Below, in pieces: positions 53,501 through 64,000 of a stretch of DNA of 64,000 nt (within the stretch, counting starts at the first letter, position 1; the number at the start of each line of letters is the position of its first letter). Below the pieces are notes generated by a model that saw nothing but the letters and a program-made list of their open reading frames with translations, was not told the DNA's origin and ran no database searches. The stretch comes from Phoronis australis. Its lineage: Eukaryota > Animalia > Phoronida. Made by a program: the position numbers and the translations under genes. Location: the NCBI GenBank assembly GCA_002633005.1, contig NMRA01000379.1, forward strand, positions 310,001-374,000, given 5' to 3'.

Positions 53501-56500
53501 AATTCCCGCGTCCCATCTTCATCACAGAAAATGTCTGTCAGTTTGTTACGAAAAATAATGCGTGTGACCAACAAGAACCGAGTCAAATGGACATAGAAGT
53601 GCGCAGATGAATATGTTTGTGCATGGCAGGCTTTCAAGCAGTTTTAAGCAAAAATGTAGGAAAAAGATAGGACACATTTTCAAAAAAGTAGGAAAAAGTA
53701 GTAACTGTGACGTGAAAAGTAAGAAAAAGTAGGAACAAGAGCAGGTTTTCAGTAGTTTTCATCGATATTTACCAATGACATTTACCCACGTCACAGGCAG
53801 TACTTGCCATTAGTTGGATAACCAGCAGGACTTCATTCACACTTTTAAGTGCAAAAGGTTTGACTGCGTAATTTTAATTATACATCACCTATCATTGAAC
53901 GAAAGGGGTGACTGAAGTTGCCCAGTCCTGGGCTTGGTCCCTGGGGGGAGGGTCCAAAAAGGACTCAATAATCCATTTGATTTAAACTCCCGAGTTCAAC
54001 ATCCGTTTCAAGTTTAGTTCATTCAAATCACCACTCAAATTAAAATGGTACAACTTAGCACGTGAAAATGCCTGGGCAATTAAATAAGACACCTGCTAAT
54101 CATAACCATCTATCGATTTATTCAAACTTTTGAGTGCATCAAAAAATTTTCCAAAAGAAAGGTTAGTAACTCTAGACACCATATCCACAACTTAAGAAGC
54201 CATTTTCAGGGTGTTTTGTAGATAAGACGGGGGTTTTTGGACCCCAAAGGATAGACCCTCAAAAATGAACTAATAAAAGAGGAAATACGAAATTTCTTAT
54301 TATCACTATGAATAAAAATTATTTCAAGTGATGCAAAAATACAACTGATGATACGAAAAAATCTTGTGTTATTGATCAAAACTCTTATTAATTCCATTAT
54401 TTCTTGAAACTTAAGTGCAACATTTTTTTTCTAAAAGATAGTTTAAGTAACTCTAGACACAACATCCACAGTTAGCAGATCAGACGGGGATCACTAATCC
54501 CCAAAAATGAACTTGTATAAAAGAGGAAAGACGACAATTTTGATTACTACGGATAAAAATAATATTTCAAATAAAGTAAAACACATCTGAAGGTATTACC
54601 AATTTATTCTCAAATACAACAAAAATGAAACAAAAAATTTGTCAAAAACATCTGGGGTAATTAAATAAGATGGCTTCAAATCAAAGCTGAGCTGCTTGAA
54701 CCATATCTAGTGGCAAGAAATGAAAGTACATGGGATTGTGTTGCATGACACAGTCTATTTTTCATACGATAAAACCGAAATCCAAAAGGCATTGATAATT
54801 ATTCACTCTGCTGTAACTTGACTGCAAACATCAAAGTCGTGATCATCGTCACTCTCTTCATCAGATGATTCAATTTCTCTTGATAGAGGATCATGTCTTC
54901 ATCACTGTCCATATCATCATCTCTCTTAGCATCGCCATCATTGCCATCTGGCTTTGTTTCAACTTGAACCTCTGGAATGAGTGCAGGTGGGCGTCTGTTC
55001 TCCACTGAACCAAATGATGCGAGTGTTTTGTCCAAGATTTGGAGATGAGCGCTACCCCCATAGTTTAGCAATAAATTCATTCGCTTCTATCCACGTAAAG
55101 TACTAGTTCAGCTTCACACGGTGGAATACTGCTGCCCTCGATGCTTTTAAGCTTCTCAAATGGTTGCTTAGCGTTGACGTTCGTTTGTACGTTTTGACGA
55201 CCACATTGAACCGGTGCTTGTCGAGTCTTGCAAGATTTTGATGACTACTTCTTTTGGGATATTGCGAATCAGTGAGGGAAATGCTCTCTGAAACTTACTT
55301 TCTGTCACGATTGCATACGGTCTTAATTCTCTTTCCTTACAAATGCACGGGAACAGTCACATCCAGTGAGCACGTGTAGGCCTAGGAGTGCAACACACAT
55401 AGCAATCTTAAACACAGATCCTCTTGTCCTTTAGCCCCACCCTCCATCCACACCATGGATGCAACTCAATGGATATGGTGCAGGAGCAACACTAGAATGT
55501 CATTGTCAGAAACTCTTATGATGATGTCGTCAGGTGTGGACATGTCCGCCTCAATGATATGAATGATTACACTGGTCTTGGCTTCCAAGTGATCACAGCT
55601 TCAGGATGGAACTGCGCATACTTCTCTATCTTCAACGAAGTACCGAGTGAACTCTCCCATCACCGCCAAATACATTTCAGTTCCATCTATAAGTGGAAGT
55701 TGCTTGACCAATGCTTAGTGAGAAAGGCAGGTAGCTTTCATTTCAACGACTCCCTATAGAGTTGTTTCAAGTCTCTTTTCTGTTCAAATCCGTCTATAAC
55801 AAGTTCCCCTCCTACAATAAAGTGTTATTGTGCCTCGGGGTACAAACCCCTGGAAAACTGCGTCTTAAGTTGTGGTTATGGTGTCCAAGGTTGCTAAATT
55901 ATCTTTTGGGAAAAGAATTTTTGTTGCACTTAAATGTTTGAAGAGGAACTTGCACGCAAATTCCTTATCTTTGTGATTGCTTGGTGAAATTAGTTAGAAA
56001 CACAACACATAGCAACAATGTGAATATGAAGTACGTTGAAAATTGCCACAAGCTTTTGAGAATGAGTTTTATGTCTCGTGTCCAGTAAGTATCGTGACGT
56101 AGTTTTGGGGAATAACACTGCATGATGTGGGCTATGTGAGCCTCCAAGGTACATCACTAGTGCAAAGGTCGTTTTCACATTTACAAGTTGACAGTGAATA
56201 CAACTTGCACTTTGTTTAACGTAGATGATGTTCAAATAACATTGTCATTTAGTTCTTGTTATACATTAGCACAGATCGGAGCATGCAAATACATCTTTAA
56301 ATAGATCGTTTATTGATCATTAATTAATAAGTGTCTTAATTAATAACACCAGGAATTTTTGTGTCTTAACTTGTATTTTTGTTCATTTCAAATAATGTTT
56401 TATCCATAGCAGAAAAAATGCAGTGTTTCTTCTTTTTTACAAGTTCATTTTTGGGAGTCTTATTATCCCTCAGGGTCCAAACACCCCCATCTTATCCGCT

Positions 56501-59367
56501 AACTTCAGGAATAATGGTGCCTTAAGTTGTGGATATGGAGTTCAGAGTTACTAAACTATTTTTTGGAAAAAGAATTCTGTTGCACTTAAAAGTAAAAACA
56601 AATTAGTAGGCATCTTAAGAACTCCAGGCATTTTCATGTCTTAAATTGCATCATTTTAATCTGTGTCTTGATGATTTGAATGAAATAAACTTGAAACGGA
56701 TGTTGCATTCAAAATCTTAATTAAACGGATTTTTGGGTCCTCTTTTGGATCACCCATGGACCAAACTCCAGGATTATGCAATTTAAAGACGCCCCTTTCC
56801 TTCAATGGTAGGTGATAAAATAGCATTACGAACGCAAATTTTTTACACTCATAAGTGTCAAGTCCTGCTTGCTCTCCAATTACAGTCTTTAAGTCAGCAT
56901 CGCTTGTGCTGAAGGAAGTCCTGTGTGAGCTGTTCCTAATAAACTAACACGACTACTCACTACTTCAAAAACATAACTTAGACGGAGTTTTAGAGCAATG
57001 AGAAAAAAGTAGGAAAAAGTAGGAAATACTAAGAATTTCAGAAAAAATAGGAAAAGTAGGAACAGGCCAAAAAAGTAGGAAAAAGTAGGAAAAGTTGGAA
57101 CGCTTGAAAGCCTGGCATGAATATTAAGTACATGCACCTTTTAAAAAGAAATTTTTCGATAAAAATACGAAGGGCAAACTCCTTGTAGCTATAACAAATG
57201 TTGAAATTATCAACAAACGTTTAGTATATAATAACCGCACATATCAACTTTAATAATACCATTGCATGTCAAAATCAAAGATCAAATTCCCCGTGGAAAT
57301 GAAAGTAGAAGATATTTATTGATTCGTTGTAAGTTTACAAGCGCTACATATTATAGTGTGACCATAGACTATAGTACATGGACCGCCAGCTCCGTATACT
57401 TTCAATGGACGAAATCTCTGCTCTTACAGAAGCTTATTCACTAGCGACATCTGGCCCAGATATCTGATGATATTTCCTGCAAGTAAGTTTGCTAATCATG
57501 GTCGGCCTCCCGTTCAGTAACGCTAGGACCTCGCTAAAAAGCAAGACTTCACGAGATTACGTGAGATATTGCCGTGAATTTTAAATGAGAGCACGTGACT
57601 TTGACTAGGTTTTAGCTAGGTCCTAGCGTAGGTCCTAGCGTCTACTGAACGCACGCCGGCTGTTGTGTCGTCACAATACACTAACAGGAAACTGAGACAG
57701 GTACTTAAGGAGAGTGGCGCCTCCCCTAGGATATTATGCAAGAAAATATCGGAGTTGCAAATCTGTTGTCCATAATCCATGGTGTGACGTAAAATATTTA
57801 ATAATTCGTTGCAAGTTTATAAGCGCTACATATCCTAGTGTGACATAAGATATTTATTGATTCGTTGTAAATTTATAAGCGCTACATATTCTAGTGTGAC
57901 GTAAAATATTTAAAACCAATTAAACAAGTGATAAGTTGATTTTGACAAAAATTGCATCCATAGACATTAAACTCCACATGGTCCACGATGAGGAAAAGGA
58001 TACGGGAACATGACGTCACCTGAAAATGACGTGTACGAATAATAAAATCAATGAATTGGTGATATACAGTCTCCCTGATTTGTTAAAATTGCAGAAGTAG
58101 GTTAAAAGTTGCACAGCCTTCCACAGAAGACGTTTTCCCCGCCCTGGGATGGTTCCTATCAACTATGTCATTATTGGGTAGTGTGGATAGTCAAGTCTTG
58201 CTCACCAGACGTACGCGCCAGGCGGTTTTCTAATCGCACGAATACGCCTAGGCTTCTTGAGTTTTATATGATCATGGTTCAGGTCTTCCACACCATTAAT
58301 TTTGTTATGGACATCTTTCTAAGTGTTAGTTTGGACGTGAGTTCAAGTAGAATTTACCGAGGAAGACTAGCAGCTTGGATATTAGAAGGCCTAACACCAG
58401 GCGACCTACCCCCAATACTGTGACGTCATCTTAACGTTGTGGAGCCACTCTAATAGAATAATTAAAGTGCCAAACTTAAAAAAACAATGATAATAAGTAG
58501 GCCAGATATACGTAGCTCTTTAAATTACTAAGCACACAAAATTGTTTCCTGTCTATGGACCAGGGGCCCGTTCCAACAAAACTGACTTAGTTAGTTAAGA
58601 CAATTCTTAGATTTCACTAAATTTTAAAATAAAAGTTAATAAATTTGTTTCAAAATCATTGCAAGAAAGAGATCTTAAGCTTGATTTAAATGTTTGACGT
58701 AAGTTTGGTCTTAATTTCGAAGAACTTACCTGATGTGTGCAAGTTTCAAAGATTGGAAGTTAAGACAAATCTTAGACTTAAGTAAAAAATGAACTTAAGT
58801 CAGTTTCTTGGAACGGACCCCTGGTCAATCCCAATCCTTCTGAACTCCCCGAAAGCATAAAATGGGTGCAACCGTTGACATTGTCGGACAACAGCGATTA
58901 ATCCAAACACAACATTTTGTAAAAATAATCAAGTGTTAAATTGCGCAAGTGGTTACCTGAATCGGAAAAATCCAAGACCAGCAAAATTTTCGAAAATTTA
59001 AATGTGACTATTCCAATTTGTGGGTCCAAATCGCCTCAAAATAGTGGTACCTCATCATTAAACAGTCGATGGCTGACTTCATGAAAAATAATTTGTAAAA
59101 TTCCAAACAAAAGTGCTGATTGATTGTTGCCAAGAAAAGCGACTCACACAAAAGACTTAGAAAGCCTGAATTGTACTCATGTTTACACAGCACTGACTCA
59201 CAACAAAGCACACTGGCGAGGTTGTAACAGAAACGATGACACAGTCACACTAGGCTTACGACTTCTAAAAATGATTTCAACGAAGTAGCAGACAGAAGTC
59301 TTACCCATACGTGGGTGTCCAGGCGGTTACGACATTTCTTAAAATTACAGGAAAGTTCGTTGTCCAT
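41525..59367 (-). CDS. CCNB1IP1: E3 ubiquitin ligase CCNB1IP1/HEI10 (RING + coiled coil; meiotic crossover factor)
   Basis: Exons on minus strand: 59367-59305 (MDNELSCNFKKCRNRLDTHVW), 58019-58004 (VTSCS), 53534-53475 (HIFCDEDGTREFKKSFTCPA), 52824-52754 (CNTSLPGKFDIVRAEISPSEQYKS), 51346-51272 (MVLAGQKPENIMEICSRALAFWNYQ), 50427-50313 (VHQKTVYYE..QMEQYY), 48973-48953 (LKSQLA), 48728-48637 (KKNLEE..EKLREKGRQYQKLQ), 43582-43447 (SMYEALRRK..), 41646-41525 (GDFVLRP..*). Phases are consistent and the peptide is collinear with human HEI10 as recalled. An additional exon near 42680-42750 cannot be excluded. Confidence 0.93.
41895..42135. repeat. Interspersed repeat fragment (relatives at about 47858-48005 and inverted at about 61740-61810)
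   Basis: Shared CCGGGGGGG..AACTCCRAAAAAGTAGAAAACG..AAGTCCACTAAA..GGCAGGAACTA..AAAATTCGGCGAA and CTCAAAAATYCGAGCCCCC..AGGCTGGGTGC blocks. Confidence 0.65.
46880..47452 (-). mobile_element. Solo LTR (573 bp), present in one duplicate copy and absent from the other
   Basis: TGTCA...TGACA termini, 5-bp TSD TTCTG, TATAAATA on minus strand near 47110-47117; empty site tgttctgaaa visible at about 45931 in the other copy. Confidence 0.85.
48974..50312 (-). other. Second U12-type GT-AG intron of CCNB1IP1
   Basis: Donor GTATCCTCT (50312-50304); branch TTTTCCTTAC (48993-48984) 10 nt before the exon start. Confidence 0.8.
50074..50230. mobile_element. hAT-like MITE (CAGTGGCGGAT...ATCCGCCCCTG)
   Basis: TIR with ATTTG on both flanks; a similar left end occurs at 62550. 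Confidence 0.75.
51641..51789. mobile_element. Harbinger-like MITE (family copy A)
   Basis: CGTTCAG..CTAG.ACCTCGCTA ... GCTAAGTCCTAGC..TTACTGAACGCACGCC; homologous to 57504-57657. Confidence 0.65.
53627..57114. mobile_element. hAT-like non-autonomous element (CAGGCTTTCAAGC TIR) hosting a nested insertion
   Basis: GCATGG|CAGGCTTTCAAGC ... GCTTGAAAGCCTG|GCATGA; AAAAGTAGGA subterminal arrays near both ends. Confidence 0.8.
53811..56882 (-). mobile_element. Academ-like (XPG/PIN nuclease-bearing) DNA transposon remnant with long TIRs
   Basis: Ends TAGTTGGATAACCAGCAGGACTT / AAGTCCTGCTTGCTCTCCAATTA; several hundred bp of imperfect inverted repeat; disrupted minus-strand coding at about 54860-55790: CDHLEAKTSVIIH..IIIRVSDNDILVLLLHH, ALLGLHVLTGCD, SSIPPC, acidic tail. 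Confidence 0.7.
57504..57657. mobile_element. Harbinger-like MITE (family copy B)
   Basis: GGCCTCCCGTTCAGTAACGCTAGGACCT ... AGGTCCTAGCGTCTACTGAACGCACGCC. Confidence 0.7.
58564..58820. mobile_element. PIF/Harbinger-like MITE
   Basis: CAG|GGGCCCGTTCCAACAAAACTGACTTAG ... CTTAAGTCAGTTTCTTGGAACGGACCC|CTG with CWG-type flanks. Confidence 0.75.
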
Positions 59368-60280
59368 CTGAATTTAAAGAGAAAGGAAATACAAGCAACT
59401 TTCACTAAATTCCGTGTAGCAGACGAGTATTTGAAATCAGACGAAGAGACACCTGGTGGATTTTCAAGAGAGCGAGACAACGGAGATTTTCGTAGACAAA
59501 CCAAACGGAACACAACAGATTTGGATATTGTTACAGCAAGTTAACACAGATTACCCTCTGCAATGAAATTTATATACCAGGCCACATGCCCATGTCAATA
59601 TCTCCTGCTACACGGACACGTCATCAAAAATTCCAAAACTTAAAACTGTATTACCCATAGACATCATACTATAGTATTAAGACGTCTATGGTATTACCAT
59701 TATTAAGCGTTGTTATGGCGTTATTAAACTTATTATGAGGAACAAGATGTTTTTTAGAAAAAATATCACTCGAGTACGAACCTATTTCTCCCTCACTTTT
59801 CTGTAATATAACTACCTCTTGCCGTCTGGTAGAAACCTTAAGTTCCGTCATTTTCATGGCCTTGGAACTGTTTGATGACGTCATAAGTCAACACTAATGA
59901 CAATAAAAATGTATCATATTCATTACACCATATCTTATATGTCAATTGTCATATAGTGTTTGATTTTACTTTATTTCTGTTTTTGTTGACAAAGGAAGTT
60001 ATTACATCCGAAAATTTCAAATTTCAGTTGATCCATTCTTGTTGTTTTATTTACCGGTTTATAATAAAAATATAACAATGTTAGTTGTCTGCTCTGTCAA
60101 AATGTCTTATAAATTCAGTGATGTCAGTTTGCCAAGTTTGGTGTTGTAAGGAGACGGACAAAAGAAACTGTTTTTGGAAGTTTAATTGTTTCGCCGCGTA
60201 CAGAGTTTTTTTAAAAACCATCTCGTTCCTCAAAAAACGTTTAATAACGCCAGAACCATTCAATAACCTCTATTTATAGA

Positions 60281-61113
60281 ATGTGGAATCGTATTATTAA
60301 TTTCGAGGATGATAGACTAACATACCGAATATTTTGGTGGCACTACACTACTACTACTAATAATTGGTCGTCTGAAGTCTTGAGCATTTTTGAAGAATTA
60401 GGGATTTCGGATTGTTTTCATGACTTACGTTCAGTTAATCTGTCTCACTGTAAGAATATTTTGCATGATTTAGCATGTAATAGGTGGTTATTTGAAAGCC
60501 GTTCGAAACCAAAGTTAAGAACCTATGTTTTGATGAAGAATGCCTTTGAAGTTGAGCCTTATGTGCATTTAGACTTAACTCGGCTTAGTAGGTCAATTCT
60601 TGCTCAAATTAGAACCGGAACCCTACAGCTATTGGTTGAGGTTGGGCGTTTTCATTGTCTAGATTCTGATGACAGAATTTGCTGTCTTTGTCACACTGGT
60701 CAGGTCAAAACTGAACTACATTTTCTGTTTGAGTGTCCGTTTTTCTTAGATGCCAGAAACACCTTTCATTGTCAAGTTGAGATTAAATATCCACGATTCC
60801 GTGCAGAAAGCTGTGAAAGCAAATTAATTACAATCATGCAAAAAGATGTTATTAGAAAAACTTCAGTTTTCATCAAAAACATTGTTGAAGTAAGGAAAAA
60901 TTATATTTATTTATGATCACTTTGATTTCGGCCTTCTCTTTCTGGTCCTCTTGCAATGCGCGTACACTTGTCTTTTCTTTTTTGTATCATGTATCTAAAG
61001 TGACTTATAAGCCCCGTGGAGGGCTGGGTGTTCCTAGTTTTTGTAACGTATTCATTGTTTCATTTGAACACATGTCACTATAATAAAAAATTACTTACTT
61101 ATTACTTACTTAC
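60281..61113 (+). mobile_element. 5'-truncated non-LTR retrotransposon (RTEX-like ORF2 C-terminus, 3' UTR, (TTAC)n tail)
   Basis: Open 211-aa frame with KLRTY..K..F..EPY, R..LAQIRTG..L.VEVGRF, RICCLC..E.HFLFECP; AATAAA followed by TTAC repeats; TSD-like TTATAGAA at 60274 and 61114. Confidence 0.88.
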
Positions 61114-61164
61114 TTATAGAACGTGACGAAAGGGGAACCTCTCCGGTGACTTAAGCTCTCCCAT

Positions 61165-62147
61165 TAGTTCCGGCCACAAGCCAACAAACTTAGCAGAGGC
61201 AAATTCGCAACCTACTGTACGAATGCTGGCCATACACTTGTTCAAACAGTGGACGTTGTCAAGAGCATATTAGATTCACAGATATCCCAAATAAAAACGA
61301 CGCGTTAGTACATTTCAGTATTTATTTAACAAGCATTTTCCTCAGAGCCCCACAGTTTCATCAAGGATTATGAGTTGACATAGAAATTTGAATTTTGAAT
61401 CTTCTTACTGCGTGCAGTTGCTCTATTCTAAAATCTGCTCTGATTGACGGAATGCCACTTCTTCTTCACTTGACCCAATCGTGACCTTTGAAAACACTCA
61501 CTTAGCAGACCTTCCCGCGGTTAGAGAATTGTAGGATGTACGACTCATTCGTCGTCTGTTGGCTGAAAATGTTGGTGTGTGTTTTTTGGTTTCATTGGTT
61601 GGTTTCATGCTACTTTGGTGGCGGTGTCCCATAGCCCACAAATCTATAGCCGTTAAAAGATTAGTGCAAGAGTGAAGTTGTAATTAAACGGGAATTTCGG
61701 GAAAGTTTTGCATGCCTGGAAAACCCAAAAATATGTGTGGTTGGCATGCGTGCACCCAGCCTAACAAATGGGGTGGGGGCTCGGATTTTTGAGAATTTAG
61801 ACCTTTTACTAAAAAAAACGTTGAAAAATTAGTGCAAGAGGGAAGTTGTAATTAAACAATAAACTCAAAAAAGTTTCGCATGCTTGGGAACTGCAAAAAA
61901 TATGTGTGGTTGGCACTCACGGCAGTGCACCTGACGAAATTGAAAAAACTACGGTGGCGTGTTGAGACCTTTAGTTCCGGTCACAAGCCAACAAACTTGG
62001 CAAAGGCAAATTGGAAAATTACTGTATGAATGCAGGCAATGCACTTGTTCAGACAGTGGGCGTTGTAGAGAGCATATTAGATTCACAGATATCCCAAATA
62101 AAAACTACGCGTTGGTACAATTAATTATTTAACTGACAAGCATTTTC
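61165..62147. repeat. Diverged direct duplication of a block of about 175 bp (61165-61340 and 61971-62147)
   Basis: ttagttccggYcacaagccaacaaactt..gagcatattagattcacagatatcccaaataaaaac.acgcgtt.gtaca occurs twice. Confidence 0.8.
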
Positions 62148-62665
62148 AAATGACATCAATTTCAAAAGCTATGCACATATTTACAATGAGAGATGAGAAT
62201 TCCCGAGGCAGCACAACGTTCGGTAAATTTCATTTCTAGTCTCCACGGCTCGAGTCACGCAAAATTCTCTTATCAGCGAACTGGCGCTGGACAACATCAT
62301 ACACTGAGTTGATGGAATTCAGGGCATTCAATCTGGCAAGTTACGCAGCCACGCTGCAACTCGGCGTCACGGACAATGTGATTTCATCGATGGAGAAACT
62401 GCGCTCCACTACGGCTCCATGCACGTGGCAATCCAAAGACGCCACTGAGTCAGTTTGGGTACTTTCGAGGATGGAACGCTGAAATAAAGGGTGATGGACA
62501 TACGTTACACACAAATGGTGCGGAAACAGCACTGTGTGCATTTCATGTGCAGTGGCGGATCTAGGATATCACAAGGGGGGGGCAACATTTTGTCCGGCTG
62601 TAAACATTTGCGCAAACTGAACCACGATTGTAGATGCGCATAGCACCGAATGGGGGGAGGTCGGG

Positions 62666-63096
62666 NNNNNNNNNNNNNNNNNNNNNNNNNNNNNNNNNNN
62701 NNNNNNNNNNNNNNNNNNNNNNNNNNNNNNNNNNNNNNNNNNNNNNNNNNNNNNNNNNNNNNNNNNNNNNNNNNNNNNNNNNNNNNNNNNNNNNNNNNNN
62801 NNNNNNNNNNNNNNNNNNNNNNNNNNNNNNNNNNNNNNNNNNNNNNNNNNNNNNNNNNNNNNNNNNNNNNNNNNNNNNNNNNNNNNNNNNNNNNNNNNNN
62901 NNNNNNNNNNNNNNNNNNNNNNNNNNNNNNNNNNNNNNNNNNNNNNNNNNNNNNNNNNNNNNNNNNNNNNNNNNNNNNNNNNNNNNNNNNNNNNNNNNNN
63001 NNNNNNNNNNNNNNNNNNNNNNNNNNNNNNNNNNNNNNNNNNNNNNNNNNNNNNNNNNNNNNNNNNNNNNNNNNNNNNNNNNNNNNNNNNNNNNNN
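62666..63096. other. Assembly gap (N run)
   Basis: Continuous Ns; the ORFs called across it are artefacts. Confidence 0.99.
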
Positions 63097-64000
63097 CAAG
63101 CCATTGTAGCCCCCTAATTGAAGACAATGGAGTGGGCCAGGTTTGAGTGCAACCCTTTGGGAAGTGAGTGCCACGAATGGTATTCAGCCGCTGATTGAAG
63201 TTGTTGCTTGAAGTCCAGAAATTTGGCCTATGTTTTGCTCTAAGCACCATTTTTGGAGCACATGCCTCTTGACTGGGAATGCTTTTGCACGCATACAGGC
63301 AAGCTTCAGAAAAATGAAAATTGGCAAACATATGGTTGCCAATGACACAGTTTAAACCACATTTCTTGAATCTAGAGTGCACAAACATTTGGAAATCATG
63401 TCTCTTCTGTGGTACCGGGGCAGTCCGGAATTTGTGATTCTATATTGAAAAAGGTCAAAATCGCAGTTTTGGACAACTTTTAGCATTTTGAACCTTTTTT
63501 CCAGTGCACGTGGCAAGGCAAAAGACATCATGATAGCTTAGTTGAATAGTTACATAATCATGCCTGTTTTCATTTTTCTGAAGACAGTGAAAGCGAGAGG
63601 GTTCTTGTTGATCCTGACCGGCGATAACGTCGAGATCAGACCCTCTTTCAGTCACGGAAAGTCCATTAGCAAAGCTCATGAGCTCAGACACACTTTTCAT
63701 CTCAATTACACAAAGGAGAGGCTCTGTACAAATCTCTGCATCTATTTCGTCTGCTTTACGGAACTTGTAAACTATATCATCCATTTTGGCGCTGAACTGA
63801 AAAAATCATAAAAATTATAAAAAATAACTCAAGGGAACAATGCGTCGATAGCAATACCCACTAGGCGAGTCGCACTTTAGGTGTTTGTAACACTCGCTCA
63901 CCGACATTTCGCTCCACAGTTATCAAGACAACAATTATCTATCCGCGCGCGCGTATGTGTGTCGTACCTAAATATCCACGCAGCACAAGACGTGCTCATA

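Larger units (their letters stand above)
53535..58003 (-). other. U12-type (minor spliceosome) GT-AG intron of CCNB1IP1
   Basis: Donor GTATCCTTTT (58003-57994); branch-like TTTCGTAAC about 10 nt before the acceptor AG; no polypyrimidine tract. Confidence 0.8.

Noticed and set aside
62505-63388. Long ORFs of 155-275 aa
   Set aside because: Mostly X residues from the N gap at 62666-63096.

Overview
Eukaryotic, AT-rich, intron-rich invertebrate genomic DNA (species not determinable from the sequence). Three spliced protein-coding genes were reconstructed by hand from GT-AG boundaries and protein motifs recalled from memory. (1) NOMO/nodal modulator on the minus strand: 18 exons from ATG 23699, running off the left edge. 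(2) A ZXD-family (ZXDB/ZXDC-like) C2H2 zinc-finger gene on the plus strand, 23880-37465, head-to-head with NOMO across 180 bp. (3) The meiotic crossover E3 ligase CCNB1IP1/HEI10 on the minus strand, 59367-41525, with two micro-exons and two U12-type (minor spliceosome) introns. Introns and UTRs carry many transposons: a 1.5-kb Tc2/pogo-like TIR family with a HIRAN-like ORF (3 independent insertions), an Academ-like XPG-nuclease element nested in a hAT-like element inside a U12 intron, a presence/absence solo LTR, a 5'-truncated LINE and several MITEs. In all three genes one exon end/5' splice site is tandemly duplicated. Single-N joins create two probable haplotype false duplications and remove about 1.5 zinc fingers from the ZXD gene. 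No rRNA, tRNA or CRISPR was seen. No database searches were run.
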